Assembly: GCA_963713825.1 (NCBI GenBank)
Contig: CAVQNG010000003.1
Span: forward strand, 224,001 to 288,000
Length of the DNA: 64,000 bases
Source: an uncultured Acidobacteriota bacterium
GTDB lineage: Bacteria > Acidobacteriota > Thermoanaerobaculia > Multivoradales > JAHEKO01
Direction: 5' to 3'
Under the pieces are notes generated by a model. The model was not told the DNA's origin and ran no database searches. It was given only the letters and a program-made list of their open reading frames with translations. Position numbers and translations under genes: made by a program. This document shows, piece after piece, positions 29,379 to 39,342 of the stretch; the first letter of the stretch is position 1, and the number at the start of each line of letters is the position of its first letter.

Positions 29379-30722
29379 CTACTTGCAGACCTTCTTCTTC
29401 GGGTGGCAGAGCCCGGAGAGACAATCGGCACCTGTGGTGCAGGGATCTCCCGGCAGGCCGCTAACGGGCTCGCAGCCCGGAATCAACGGGTCGAGCTCGA
29501 AAAGGCACCGGTAGTCGTCACAAGAATCCACCGTGCAACCATCAAGATCATCGCAGATCGGCAGGTCGAGGTATTCGCACTCTGCCTCGAAGCATCCACC
29601 ACTCCTGCAGAAGGCGTAGTCGCCACACGGAATGCCGTCGGCCTCCGCTAGGTTCAGGCACTCGCCCGAGGTGCAAGAGTCAGCAGTGCAAGGGTTGGAG
29701 TCATCGCACTCGGTATCCACAATGCAGGTCTCCTCTAGCGGGCCTCTCTTCCAGTCAGGTCCAACACCCGATCCCAGAAACTCTGTTCCTCCGCTAGGAA
29801 ACGTGACTCTGGTAAGACCCAGGGGGCTTCCAAAGAGAAGCTGGGAATCATCGGGTGACCAGGTGGGAGACTTTCCTTGCACAATCGACGTGGCGTTTGC
29901 GATGCTTCCCGTTACCTGGAGCAGCCACACCGTGTCGACCTGCTCGGTGGCACTCTCCGAGTAGGTATCCAATGCGAAGACAAGGCTGCCCGCCCTTTGC
30001 CAATCCAGGGCATGAGGCTCCTTGTGCAGTAGTCCGTCGAGAAACTCAGGTGGCCAGGCGATCTGGTAGGAAATCGCAACCCCACTGATTCTCGGCGCGA
30101 TCGTCAGGACATCGATGCCGTACTCGTCCGATTCCAGGAACGCGAGATTCGCACCGTTGGGACTCCAGGTAACACCAGGGCTCAAGCCACCTCCTGCGGA
30201 GGAGTACACGACCTCGGGCTGCTCGACGCCACACAGAAGCCCATCCGCCGGAACAATGACGACGGATTGAACACCAGTGAGATAGTCCTTCCTCATGGCG
30301 GCGATCTCGGTTCCATCCGGCGACCACTGGGGAGTCTCCAGGACCACAAGGCCGTCCGGTCTGCTGCTGCAGAGCAACAACTGCGGGGCTCCGCCTGCTG
30401 TTGCCGTCCTCCAGATAGCCCAGCCCGGGCCTTCGTCACCTTCTTCGTAGACGTAAGTGACCCACCCGCCATCCGGGGAGATTGAAGGGCTGAGCCATGG
30501 ACCACCGGCTCCATCCCCGTATCGCTTTGCGGTACGAAAGACCTCTGTGCGATTCGAACCATCGGCGTCCATCACCATGATGGTTTTGGCTCCAGCCTTG
30601 GCCTCATCAACAAAGACAATCGCAGGGTCGGCGGCCCAGCCGACGGCACAAACGAGGCTCAACACCACACACCAAACAGCACTTCTCGATGCGACTCTCA
30701 TCCCATTCTCCTTTCGGCTCAT
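29379..30722 (-). CDS. Secreted TolB/PD40-like beta-propeller with Cys-rich C-terminal repeats
   Basis: Signal peptide; SPSISPDG, PQWSPDG, WSPNG and PTWSPDD repeats; CDDSNPCTADSC and CDDLDGCTVDSC tail. Confidence 0.8.
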   Translation of the reverse strand: MSRKENGMRVASRSAVWCVVLSLVCAVGWAADPAIVFVDEAKAGAKTIMVMDADGSNRTEVFRTAKRYGDGAGGPWLSPSISPDGGWVTYVYEEGDEGPGWAIWRTATAGGAPQLLLCSSRPDGLVVLETPQWSPDGTEIAAMRKDYLTGVQSVVIVPADGLLCGVEQPEVVYSSAGGGLSPGVTWSPNGANLAFLESDEYGIDVLTIAPRISGVAISYQIAWPPEFLDGLLHKEPHALDWQRAGSLVFALDTYSESATEQVDTVWLLQVTGSIANATSIVQGKSPTWSPDDSQLLFGSPLGLTRVTFPSGGTEFLGSGVGPDWKRGPLEETCIVDTECDDSNPCTADSCTSGECLNLAEADGIPCGDYAFCRSGGCFEAECEYLDLPICDDLDGCTVDSCDDYRCLFELDPLIPGCEPVSGLPGDPCTTGADCLSGLCHPKKKVCK

Positions 30723-30751
30723 GACTTCTTTCCTTCATTGCCTGCATTGGA

Positions 30752-30781
30752 TGAGTTCCACGAAGGGAGGAATCGTGACAG
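30752..30781 (-). promoter_or_regulatory. Candidate ECF-sigma promoter for the beta-propeller gene
   Basis: Minus strand CTGTCACG-N17-ACTCA; same motif and spacing as 31393-31422. Confidence 0.65.
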
Positions 30782-30849
30782 GCGAAGTTACGGAGTGAAC
30801 GAAACCAGCCTAGAATGGAGGGTATACGCGAGGAAGTGCCAGAACGGAA

Positions 30850-31407
30850 ATGGCACGGGACGATTCGACAGTCGACGTCGTAGAGCGGATCGAACGCGGG
30901 GAGCGCTCGGCCGAGGAGGAGTTGGTGCGCGGTTTCCAGCGGCCGGTTTTTGCGATGGTCCTGGCCCGAACCGGCGATCCCGAGGCGGCCCGGGACCTGA
31001 CGCAAGAGGTGCTGCTCTCGGTCCTGCGATCGCTGCGCGAGGGAAAGCTCCGCAACCCGCAGGGGTTGCTGGGCTTCATCTGCGGCACGATGCGGAACCG
31101 GGTCAAACATCACTTCCGCTCACTGCATCTCGAAACGGTCGGGGACCTACGCGAAGAGCCCGCTGTGGCCGAGCTGGAACCCGGAAGAGGCCTTCGCCAG
31201 CGCCGAGCGAAGGCGTTGGCGGATCGGCGATCGAGACTCTCGAACCCGATGGACCAGAAGATCCTCCGCTTGACCCTCGTGGAAGGTCTCGCTCCGCGTC
31301 AGATCGGCAAACGACTGGGACTGAGCTCGGAGGTCGTGCGGCAGCGCAAGTCGCGAGCGATACGCAGCGCCCGCGAGATTCTGCGCGACAAGCTGTCACG
31401 AAAGTGA
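30850..31407 (+). CDS. ECF RNA polymerase sigma factor (probably with compensating indels at ~31170-31250)
   Basis: Region 2 (AEEELV..F..ARDLTQEV) and region 4 (ILRLTLVEGL..IGKRLG..VRQRKSRA). Confidence 0.88.
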   Translation: MARDDSTVDVVERIERGERSAEEELVRGFQRPVFAMVLARTGDPEAARDLTQEVLLSVLRSLREGKLRNPQGLLGFICGTMRNRVKHHFRSLHLETVGDLREEPAVAELEPGRGLRQRRAKALADRRSRLSNPMDQKILRLTLVEGLAPRQIGKRLGLSSEVVRQRKSRAIRSAREILRDKLSRK

Positions 31408-31422
31408 TCCTCGTGCTACTCA
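31393..31422 (+). promoter_or_regulatory. Candidate ECF-sigma promoter for anti-sigma/CHAT genes
   Basis: CTGTCACG-N17-ACTCA overlapping the sigma stop, 25 nt before the anti-sigma ATG. Confidence 0.65.
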
Positions 31423-31447
31423 CAGGTGGACAGGCGGGGACAGAACC

Positions 31448-32175
31448 ATGAACTGCACGGAAAGCGACAACAGGGATTGGATTGAGAGATACCTGACGGG
31501 GGCTCTCGCCGAGACTGATCGAGAGCGCCTCGAAGAACATCTCCTCGCCTGCGAGACCTGCCAGGATCAGCTCGAGGAGCTCGCGTTGCTGCGTGCGAGC
31601 CTCGGCGAGGAGCGCTGGTCGGTGGCTGAAGAGCTACGAGGGAGCTGGCTCCAATGGCACTGGTCCTGGGCCGCGGCGGCGGCAGCCATGCTGGTGCTGG
31701 CCGTGACCCTCTGGCCGCGCCTGGCAGATCATCCCGGCAGGGGTGAAGTCGAGATTGCTGGCCTCTCGGCAGTCGACGCCCCGCCCTACGAGCCCAGAAT
31801 CCTGCGCTCGGTGAATGGTGACGGGGAGATCCGCTTCCAGGCGGCGATGCAGGACTATCTCGAGGGCTCGTATGCCGAGGCGATTCCTGGCCTGAAAGAT
31901 GCTGTCGAGCTCGATCCCGAACTGGCCAAGGCCCACTTCTATCTGGGGGCCTGCTATCTCCTGGAAGACGAGCCTGAGAAGGCCATCAACAGTTTGAGCC
32001 GTGTCGCCGAAGTGGAAGATCCCAATATCGGGAATGGGCTCGTTTCTACCGGGCCAAGGCCTACATTCAGACCGGGGACCTCGAGCCCGCACGCGAGGAT
32101 CTGTCCGCGGTCATGTCGATGCAGGGCGAGCTGGAAATCCAGGCACAGGAGGTTCTCGAGCAGATCCCCGACTGA
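31448..32175 (+). CDS. Zinc-finger (HxxxCxxC) anti-sigma factor with TM helix and extracytoplasmic TPR; indel near 32030
   Basis: EEHLLACETC, TM segment WAAAAAAMLVLAVTLW and TPR AHFYLGACY; corrected frame EWARFYRAKAY...EQIPD* ends at 32175. Confidence 0.82.
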
Positions 32176-32183
32176 GCCGAACC

Positions 32184-35100
32184 ATGTCGATACGGAGCTG
32201 GCGGAAGGCGCTTTTCGGGGCCGGATGCGCGGTAGTTTGCACGGCTGCGCTCGCTTCACCTGACGAGTCGGTGCCCACGTCGACTTCCCGGCAGATCGAA
32301 CAGCTCCTCTACACGGGCCACTACGCTGACGCGGAACGGATCGCCCACAAGCTTCTACCTCGGATCGAGGCAACCACAGATCCGGACTCGCTCGAGACCG
32401 CCGCCCTTCTCGACCTACTGGTCGAGGCCTTGTGGCGCGGCGGCAAGTCGAGCCCGCCAGAAACCCTGGAGCTCGCGGACCGGGCGCTGGAGATCCGCGA
32501 GGCGCAGCTGGGGGACAGCGACGTCCTGGTGGCCGACAGCCTCTTGCGCAAGGCCGACGTCCTGCTCGCCCTGGGTAGGTACGTCATGGCGGGGGAGCTG
32601 CTGACCCGGGCGCTGCAGATCTACGAATCCGCCTCGGGATCCAACGACATCGACGCGGCCCGTGTGCACGACCGCCTCGGAAAGCGCTACCTGCATTCGG
32701 GGCCGATCCGAGACTCCCTGTGGCACTCCGAGCTGGCGCTCGGCATCGCTGAGAGTGCTTCGCCACCAGATGAGTTGGCGCAGGCTGAGATGCTCACCGG
32801 GCTCGCCGAGTTCCATCTGCATTCCTTGTCCGAGGACTACGGGACAATTGTCGAGCCGCTCGCCCGGCGAGCCCTGGAGATCCGTCGCAGAGTGCTCGGT
32901 GAAGAGCACCCCCTGACCGCCGAGAGCGCCTACCAGTACGGCTACGTCCTGCACGAGCTGCATCTCCATCAGGAGGCGTTGGACCTGGTGAGTGGGGCCA
33001 TCGATTCGCTGGAGCAATCGGTGGGTCCCGAGCACTCCCTCGTCGCCGACTACCTCCAGGGCTTCCATCACCTCCAGGAGACCATGGGAGATCCGGTGGG
33101 AGCCGAGGAGAGCCTCTGGCGGTCCATTGCCATCTACGAGAGATACCCCGAGATCGGCGAGTCGGCCCTCACCTACAACGCCCTGGGGCACCTGCGGCAT
33201 CTCCAGGGCGATCTGGTCTCGGCCCGGCAGCTCTACGAGAAGGCCCTGGGAATCTCCGAGCGCACGTTCGGGCCCGAGAGTATCGAGACGGCTTCGATTC
33301 TGGGCAATCTCGGTCGGCTCGAGACCGAACTGGGGGAGCTCGAGAGCGCTCGGCGGCACCTCGAAACGAGTCTGCAGATCGCTACCGACCTCTACGGATC
33401 TAGAGGCCAGCACACAGTGATCCACTTCCTCTCGCTGGCCAGGCTCTACGTCGCCACGGGAGACTTCGAAAAAGCCGAAAGTCTGGCTCGAAGAGCCTGC
33501 AAGATGACCGAATGCCTCGCGGATTCTGACCATCCTCAGGCGATAGCCGCAGCACGGGAGCTGGGCATCGCGCTGCGTGCAGGGGGCCGGTACGAGGCAG
33601 CTCGAGAGGTCTTGAGCCAAGGTCTCGTGGCGCGCCAGCGAGCCTTCGAGGTCCGGAATCACGAGGTCGCGGAAAACCTGATCGCGCTGGCCGATCTCAT
33701 GGTCGCCATGGGCCACCGGGGAGAGGCCCTCTCGCTGTACAACGAGGCTGTGTCCATTCTCGAGCAATCCTATGGACACCAGCACCCCCGAGCCGCCGCG
33801 ATCCGGTTGAAGATCGCGGACTGTCGGATGCGCTCGGGGGAGTGGGCAGAGGCCTTCGACCAGGCCCTGCGCGCCGAGGAGGTCGGCAGGGAGCATTCCC
33901 GGCTCATGCTCACCGGGTTGAGTGAGCGGGTCGCTCTGCAATACGCAGCAAACCGTCCATCGGGCCTCGACAGAGTGCTTTCCCTATTGATCGACAGGCC
34001 GGAGTCGGGCACCAGGCAGCAAGGAATCGAGGCTCTGATCCGTTCACGAGCCTTGGTAGTGGACGAGATGGCCGACCGTCGCCAGGCATTCTCGACAAGC
34101 GCGGCCATGGGAACCTCCCGTCTGATGCAAGATCTGACGCGGTCTCGAAAAAGACTGGCTTATCTGACGGTTCAGGGACCAGGCGCCCCAGATGCGCTCG
34201 ACTCCTTTCACCTGGCGCTGGGGAATGCGAGGAGAGAGCGCGACAGGACCGAACGGGCCCTCGCCGAGGCCGACCGACGATTTCGCATTCGCGAGCAGGG
34301 AAAGGGAGTTGGTTTGGATGAAGTCAGGGCTTCGTTGCCGCCGAAGAGCGGCCTGCTCGGCCTAACCCAGTTCCGACACTTTCGAATCCCTGGAAACGGT
34401 CGCGCCGTGGACCTGGCCGCTGAGCCTGTTCCCTCGTATCTGGCCTACGTGGTTCGGGCCGACAGTACCAAGATCGAGCTCGTCGAGTTGGGAGTGGCCA
34501 GCGATATCGACGCGTTGGTCACAGAGCTGCGGGCCGAGCTCGAAAGGGAAGCACAGACCACCCTGGGGAGCTCAGCCGCTAGGGAGCAGGACTACCGCGG
34601 AGTCGCCAAGCGACTTCGCGAGCGCCTCTGGGAGCCGATCGAGTCCTATCTGGCCGGTCTCGAGCGAGTTTTTGTTGTCCCGGATGGAAGCCTCCATCTC
34701 ATCAACCTGGCCGCGCTGCCCGTTGGACAGACTGACTATCTAGCGGAGGTCGGGCCCCGACTTCACTATCTGTCCGCCGAGCGCGACCTTGTAAGAGAAG
34801 TCGCCGAGGCGAAGGGTGAAGGCCTACTGGCGATCGGCAATCCGGACTTCGACGAACTGGCGCATCTGCCCAAGACCCAGGAAGTCGGAATCGGAGCCGC
34901 CGGCTCGTCGCCTGTGTCCGAGACAGACCAGGCCGGCATGTTTCGTGGCCTTCGCTCGACGTGCGGGAGCTTTCAAGCCATGCGCTTCGAACCCTTGCCG
35001 GCCAGTGAGATCGAGGTCAAGGAAGTCGCCGAGATCTGGCAGAGTCTGGAGCCATCACCGCCCGTCACGACACTCCTCCGAGGCGAGGCTATCGAGACGA

Positions 35101-35657
35101 GCTTCAAACGTCTTGCCACGGGTCGCCAGGTGCTGCACTTATCCACTCACGGCTTCTATCTCGGTGACGACTGTCCGGTCCGCGACTTCCCTCATCTTCG
35201 CCGGACTGCTGTCGAGCTCGAGAGCCCCTTGCTGCGGTCGGGCTTGGCATTTGCGGGTGCGAATCACCGGCAAGCTGCGCTCCCGGAGGAGGACGACGGC
35301 ATCTTGACCGCCGAGGAGGTGGCGGCTCTCGATCTGTTCGGTGTCGAGTGGGCCGTCCTCTCGGCTTGCGAGAGCGGACTCGGCGACATACAGACAGGTG
35401 AAGGTGTGTTTGGCCTCCGTCGCGCCTTCGCTGCCGCAGGCGCCCGCACCCTGATCATGAGCCTATGGCCAGTGGACGACGATGTCACCCGTGAATGGAT
35501 GACGCGTCTTTACCAATACCGGTTCTTGGAAGGCTCGACTACGATCGGGGCGGTGCATCGGACCAACCTCCATCTCCTGGCAGCGCGGCGCGAGGCGGGG
35601 GCCAGCACCCATCCCTTCTACTGGGCGGGGTTCGTGGCTGCTGGGGAATGGAGGTAG
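32184..35657 (+). CDS. TPR-repeat + CHAT (caspase-like) protease with signal-like N-terminus
   Basis: Many kinesin-light-chain-type TPRs; VPDGSLH, LHLSTHG (catalytic His), LSACESG (catalytic Cys), SLWPVDD and HPFYWAGF. Confidence 0.92.
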   Translation: MSIRSWRKALFGAGCAVVCTAALASPDESVPTSTSRQIEQLLYTGHYADAERIAHKLLPRIEATTDPDSLETAALLDLLVEALWRGGKSSPPETLELADRALEIREAQLGDSDVLVADSLLRKADVLLALGRYVMAGELLTRALQIYESASGSNDIDAARVHDRLGKRYLHSGPIRDSLWHSELALGIAESASPPDELAQAEMLTGLAEFHLHSLSEDYGTIVEPLARRALEIRRRVLGEEHPLTAESAYQYGYVLHELHLHQEALDLVSGAIDSLEQSVGPEHSLVADYLQGFHHLQETMGDPVGAEESLWRSIAIYERYPEIGESALTYNALGHLRHLQGDLVSARQLYEKALGISERTFGPESIETASILGNLGRLETELGELESARRHLETSLQIATDLYGSRGQHTVIHFLSLARLYVATGDFEKAESLARRACKMTECLADSDHPQAIAAARELGIALRAGGRYEAAREVLSQGLVARQRAFEVRNHEVAENLIALADLMVAMGHRGEALSLYNEAVSILEQSYGHQHPRAAAIRLKIADCRMRSGEWAEAFDQALRAEEVGREHSRLMLTGLSERVALQYAANRPSGLDRVLSLLIDRPESGTRQQGIEALIRSRALVVDEMADRRQAFSTSAAMGTSRLMQDLTRSRKRLAYLTVQGPGAPDALDSFHLALGNARRERDRTERALAEADRRFRIREQGKGVGLDEVRASLPPKSGLLGLTQFRHFRIPGNGRAVDLAAEPVPSYLAYVVRADSTKIELVELGVASDIDALVTELRAELEREAQTTLGSSAAREQDYRGVAKRLRERLWEPIESYLAGLERVFVVPDGSLHLINLAALPVGQTDYLAEVGPRLHYLSAERDLVREVAEAKGEGLLAIGNPDFDELAHLPKTQEVGIGAAGSSPVSETDQAGMFRGLRSTCGSFQAMRFEPLPASEIEVKEVAEIWQSLEPSPPVTTLLRGEAIETSFKRLATGRQVLHLSTHGFYLGDDCPVRDFPHLRRTAVELESPLLRSGLAFAGANHRQAALPEEDDGILTAEEVAALDLFGVEWAVLSACESGLGDIQTGEGVFGLRRAFAAAGARTLIMSLWPVDDDVTREWMTRLYQYRFLEGSTTIGAVHRTNLHLLAARREAGASTHPFYWAGFVAAGEWR

Positions 35658-35687
35658 ACGCGACCTTCGGGCGCCGATCCCACAAGG

Positions 35688-37868
35688 TCAGCCGGAAACT
35701 GACACCGTGATGGAGCTGGAGTGAGTCTTGCCGGAATCCGGCTCGGTTGCGGTGACTTTCAGAATGTAGTCGCCCGGTTCCACACCGCTTGCACTCAGGG
35801 TTGCGGCCCATTGTGCAAGGCCAGGCTGGTCACCAGATCTCTGCTCGCCCACATTCAAGAAGACTCTTCCCGCTGGCTTTCTATCGAGCGTGAAAAGCTC
35901 GCCCTGGATCTGGACCGGGTCCCCGATGAAGTACCCAGAGAGGAGTACAGGTGTGCTCTGGCCGGGTACCAGGACAGGCTTGACGGCGGGCTCGAAGGCT
36001 TGTCCCTGCACCGTGAAGGGGTAATCGTGCTCGGACTCCTCGGCGCGCCGGCCACGGATGTTCAGCCACTGCCCCGCCGGTCCGGAAAACAGCGGCGGCA
36101 GCAGGGCCGGCTCCTGCTCACCGGCGTCCGGCACTCGAAACGGAGCTACCGCCACTCCCGAGGTGCCTGTCACCGCATTACGAACCAGCACCCTGGCGAC
36201 GTACTCGCCAGGCGGAACTTCGAACTGACTCCAGAGCTTCAGCCCCTTCTCCTCGAGGGCAGGACCCGCCTTCTGAAGATCGATGCCGAGGATCTGGCTG
36301 TAGTAGTCCCGCACCTCGCCACTCTTCGCGATGGCATAGGCGTAGATCTCAGCGGTGACCTGCCCGCCCTCGGTCCCCTTCAGCAGGTCTGCCCCATTGA
36401 TCTCGACCAACGAGGGTACATAGGCCGGTAGTGAGGCTGTTTTAAAGGGTGCGGCCAGGGTGGCGACGCCCAGCTCTCCGCCAGGCGCACCATAGAGCTG
36501 GGAGGCTGCCGACAGACTGCGCTCCGTCGTTGAGAGTTTGGCATAAGGCCTGGGCGCGAAATAGCCAGGCCGATGGACCAATCGAGCCCCTTTGGGACCG
36601 CCCTCGAGCTTCACCTTCAGTTTGTGGAACTCGCCATCCAGCTTCAGGTCCTCAGCCTGGAAAGCCAGTACATAGGTGACGCTGGTGCGCTCCAGCATCC
36701 TCTCCATGGCCTCGGACAGGTTGTTGAAGTTCTCGAAAAGCTCACCACCCGTGCCGTCGGCCAACATGAAGAGCCCTTGCTTGGTCTCTCGGCGAGCTCG
36801 TTCATCGACTCCTGATCGAAGGCCACCGATGTCGACAGCTTGGATTACGCAGTTAGCTCGCACGAGCTCTTGTAGCACGTGACGGAACTCGGTCTGAGCG
36901 GATGTGTCGCCGAAGCGCAGATTGCTGTCTACATCCTGATACTCGCCCCTGATGGCAGCGGTGTTCTGGCGCCTGATTGCCTCCTGCTCCTCACGAGTGG
37001 CGCCACCGCCCTGGCCGAGAATGATCGAGCTATCGAATCCCTCGGAGAGAAAGACGAGGTACTTTCGCCCATCGACGTTTCGTAGCAATTCGGCAACCTC
37101 TTTCAAAGACCTGGTCAAAGCCAGGATCGCCCTCTTTTCACTTGCCTGTCGAGTCGAAGTCTGACTCTGGGCAATCAGCGCTTCAAGCGTGGCTCGGGGC
37201 GTCGCTAAATCTGATTGAGGATAACGATCTTGGTTATCCTCGCCGGCCACTGCATTCAATGACGGCAGATCGCTTCCCCATGTTTCGGGCAGAGGTGCAA
37301 GCGTAAAGCCCAACGGGTCCCCTTTTGCCGCGACCAGCTGGGGAAGCCCCAAGGTGCCTATCGCAAGGTCCACTTGGCGACGGTCGGAGGAAAATCCGAG
37401 AATCAGCTGGTAGCCTCTGGAAACTTGGTGGGTCGCCACGCCGACCAGATCGGTCGGACTCAGACCGGTGGAGACGAGCTCTTTGGCTGCCTCGCGGGCC
37501 CGGACGATCGAATCGGGCGCAGAGAGTGACAGGTCGAAGAAGAAGAGGAACCGACGCCGGGCAGCGGCCGGAATCCAAGGCGCCATTGGGTCCGGCTCGA
37601 TACCTGCTCCTGACAGATCATAGGCGTCGAAGCCTGTCAGTTCCCGCCGCTTGCGGCCGTCCACGATCTCGAACTGGTCCGGGGTCAGTCCCCGTACCGG
37701 CTTGCCATCCTTGGTCACCTGCACGGGGACCTCGATGACGACCACCTCGGTCACATCCGACACGTTGGTCTTCTTGGCGGCCATAAGGCCGGAACTCGTG
37801 AGGATGCAGCCTGCCGAAAAGAGGAACCAGCCTCTCAGGTAGGTCGACCGTCTCGATGAATACCGCAT
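35688..37868 (-). CDS. VWFA-related acidobacterial domain protein
   Basis: Signal peptide; VPVQVTKDGKPVRGL, GRKYLVFLSEGF, LADGTGG and YVLAF..FHKLKVKL..HRPGY. Confidence 0.88.
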   Translation of the reverse strand: MRYSSRRSTYLRGWFLFSAGCILTSSGLMAAKKTNVSDVTEVVVIEVPVQVTKDGKPVRGLTPDQFEIVDGRKRRELTGFDAYDLSGAGIEPDPMAPWIPAAARRRFLFFFDLSLSAPDSIVRAREAAKELVSTGLSPTDLVGVATHQVSRGYQLILGFSSDRRQVDLAIGTLGLPQLVAAKGDPLGFTLAPLPETWGSDLPSLNAVAGEDNQDRYPQSDLATPRATLEALIAQSQTSTRQASEKRAILALTRSLKEVAELLRNVDGRKYLVFLSEGFDSSIILGQGGGATREEQEAIRRQNTAAIRGEYQDVDSNLRFGDTSAQTEFRHVLQELVRANCVIQAVDIGGLRSGVDERARRETKQGLFMLADGTGGELFENFNNLSEAMERMLERTSVTYVLAFQAEDLKLDGEFHKLKVKLEGGPKGARLVHRPGYFAPRPYAKLSTTERSLSAASQLYGAPGGELGVATLAAPFKTASLPAYVPSLVEINGADLLKGTEGGQVTAEIYAYAIAKSGEVRDYYSQILGIDLQKAGPALEEKGLKLWSQFEVPPGEYVARVLVRNAVTGTSGVAVAPFRVPDAGEQEPALLPPLFSGPAGQWLNIRGRRAEESEHDYPFTVQGQAFEPAVKPVLVPGQSTPVLLSGYFIGDPVQIQGELFTLDRKPAGRVFLNVGEQRSGDQPGLAQWAATLSASGVEPGDYILKVTATEPDSGKTHSSSITVSVSG

Positions 37869-37982
37869 CCGGATCTCCCGAGGCTAGGAGCGTTGAGGGA
37901 TGGGACATCTCCGCTGAACTTCGGTCCTCCAGAGTCTACCGCTTCAGAGACTCCTACGGTCAGACTTTCTCGGAGTTCCCTT

Positions 37983-38055
37983 CTGGGTGTATTACTTGAC
38001 ATATACACCCAGCAGGAGTACCCTCCCTTCAGGTGTATTGGTTTTCTAATACACC
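37983..38055 (+). promoter_or_regulatory. Two YtrA-type operators (TGTA-N12-TACA) overlapping a sigma70 promoter
   Basis: CTGGGTGTAT-N10-ATACACCCAG (37983-38012) and GGTGTATT-N8-AATACACC (38032-38055); TTGACA(37996)-N17-TACCCT(38019). Confidence 0.8.
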
Positions 38056-38070
38056 CTGAGGCGAAACAAG

Positions 38071-38451
38071 ATGATCCTGGTCGTCGATCCACACAGCGGC
38101 ACACCGGCCTACCGGCAGATCATGGAGCAGATTCGCTTTCATGTGGACAGTGGGCTGCTCGGCCCAGGTGACGACATTCCGTCCACGCGCACGCTCTCCG
38201 CGGAGCTGGGGGTCAATCCCATGACAGTCAGCAAAGCATTCAGCCTTCTGGAGGAAGAGGGTTTGCTGGAGCGCAGGCCCGGGCTGCCCCTGGTGGTGAG
38301 CCAGAGAGCCTCCAAGGATCAGCGAGCAAGCAAGCTCGAGCAGCTCGACGCTGCCCTGCGGCCTGTGGCCACGATGGCGCGACAGCTCGGTCTCGAATCG
38401 GAGGAGGCCGTCGAGGCCTTCCGCCGCCTGCTCGAAAGCAACGAGGAGTGA
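38071..38451 (+). CDS. GntR-family (YtrA subfamily) regulator
   Basis: PAYRQI..PSTRTLSAELGVNPMTVSKAF; short C-terminus; precedes an ABC ATPase. Confidence 0.92.
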   Translation: MILVVDPHSGTPAYRQIMEQIRFHVDSGLLGPGDDIPSTRTLSAELGVNPMTVSKAFSLLEEEGLLERRPGLPLVVSQRASKDQRASKLEQLDAALRPVATMARQLGLESEEAVEAFRRLLESNEE

Positions 38452-38454
38452 GTC

Positions 38455-39342
38455 ATGGACTACCCCATTCAATCCGAGAATCTGACCAAGCGATTCGACC
38501 AGATAACAGCGCTCGATGATGTAAGCCTGGCGATCCGGCCGCGGTCGATCGTCGGTCTGCTGGGAAGAAACGGCTGCGGCAAGACGACTCTCCTGCACCA
38601 CGCCGTCGGCCTCTACCTGCCAACGGAGGGTGCCATGCAGACCCTCGGCGCCGACAGCGCCCAGCTCGCCCATGAGCAGCTGACGCGCATCGGCTTCGTG
38701 CCGCAGGAGATTCGCCTGTTGGACTGGATGACCGTCGAGCACCATCTGCGCTACGTCTCGAGCTTCTATCCGCAGTGGGACTCCGACCGCCAAGACCGAC
38801 TGCTCGAGGACCTCGATCTCGACCCGAGCGCGAGGGTAGGGGCTCTGTCCACCGGGAACCTGCAGAAGCTGGCCATCCTCCTCGCCGTCTGTCATCACCC
38901 GAAATTGCTGATTCTCGACGAGCCGGTCAGCGACCTCGACCCCATCGTCAGAGCCCGTTTCCTCGAGTTCCTGCTCGAGGTGCTGCGGGAGGACAAGGCC
39001 ACGATCCTGGTCTCGAGTCACATTCTGCGCGATGTCGAGAAGATCGTCGACTGGGTTGTCTGCCTGGACGAGGGGCGCCTTATCGCCGATGCCGCTCTCG
39101 ATGACCTGAAGGAGCAATACGCCGAATGGCGGGTGGTTTCCTCAGGTGGTGACTTACCCCAGAGATTCACCGAGCCGTTCGTCCTGGAGCAACAAGTCAG
39201 CGGGAGGGAAGGTCTCCTCAGGGTCCACGTCGCCAGAGCGGATCTGAGCGCCTTCTGCGTGACCTGGGGTGTGACCATCGAGTCGCGGCCTTTGAATCTT
39301 GAGCAGATGTTCCCCCTCTTCCTCGAGGCGGCAGATCGATGA
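38455..39342 (+). CDS. ABC transporter ATP-binding protein
   Basis: GRNGCGKTT, LSTGN, LILDEP and SSH. Confidence 0.92.
   Translation: MDYPIQSENLTKRFDQITALDDVSLAIRPRSIVGLLGRNGCGKTTLLHHAVGLYLPTEGAMQTLGADSAQLAHEQLTRIGFVPQEIRLLDWMTVEHHLRYVSSFYPQWDSDRQDRLLEDLDLDPSARVGALSTGNLQKLAILLAVCHHPKLLILDEPVSDLDPIVRARFLEFLLEVLREDKATILVSSHILRDVEKIVDWVVCLDEGRLIADAALDDLKEQYAEWRVVSSGGDLPQRFTEPFVLEQQVSGREGLLRVHVARADLSAFCVTWGVTIESRPLNLEQMFPLFLEAADR

Noticed and set aside
32001-32183. N-terminal extension or anti-sigma-CHAT fusion
   Set aside because: This region encodes the frameshifted anti-sigma end (stop 32175); the CHAT gene starts at 32184.
32415-33941. 508-aa minus-strand ORF
   Set aside because: Antisense to the TPR region of the CHAT gene.
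32184-35657. Type III-E CRISPR (Craspase) locus
   Set aside because: No Cas7-11 or array in the window; only the TPR-CHAT/sigma logic is analogous.
38029-39117. 362-aa minus-strand ORF
   Set aside because: Antisense to the GntR and ABC ATPase genes.
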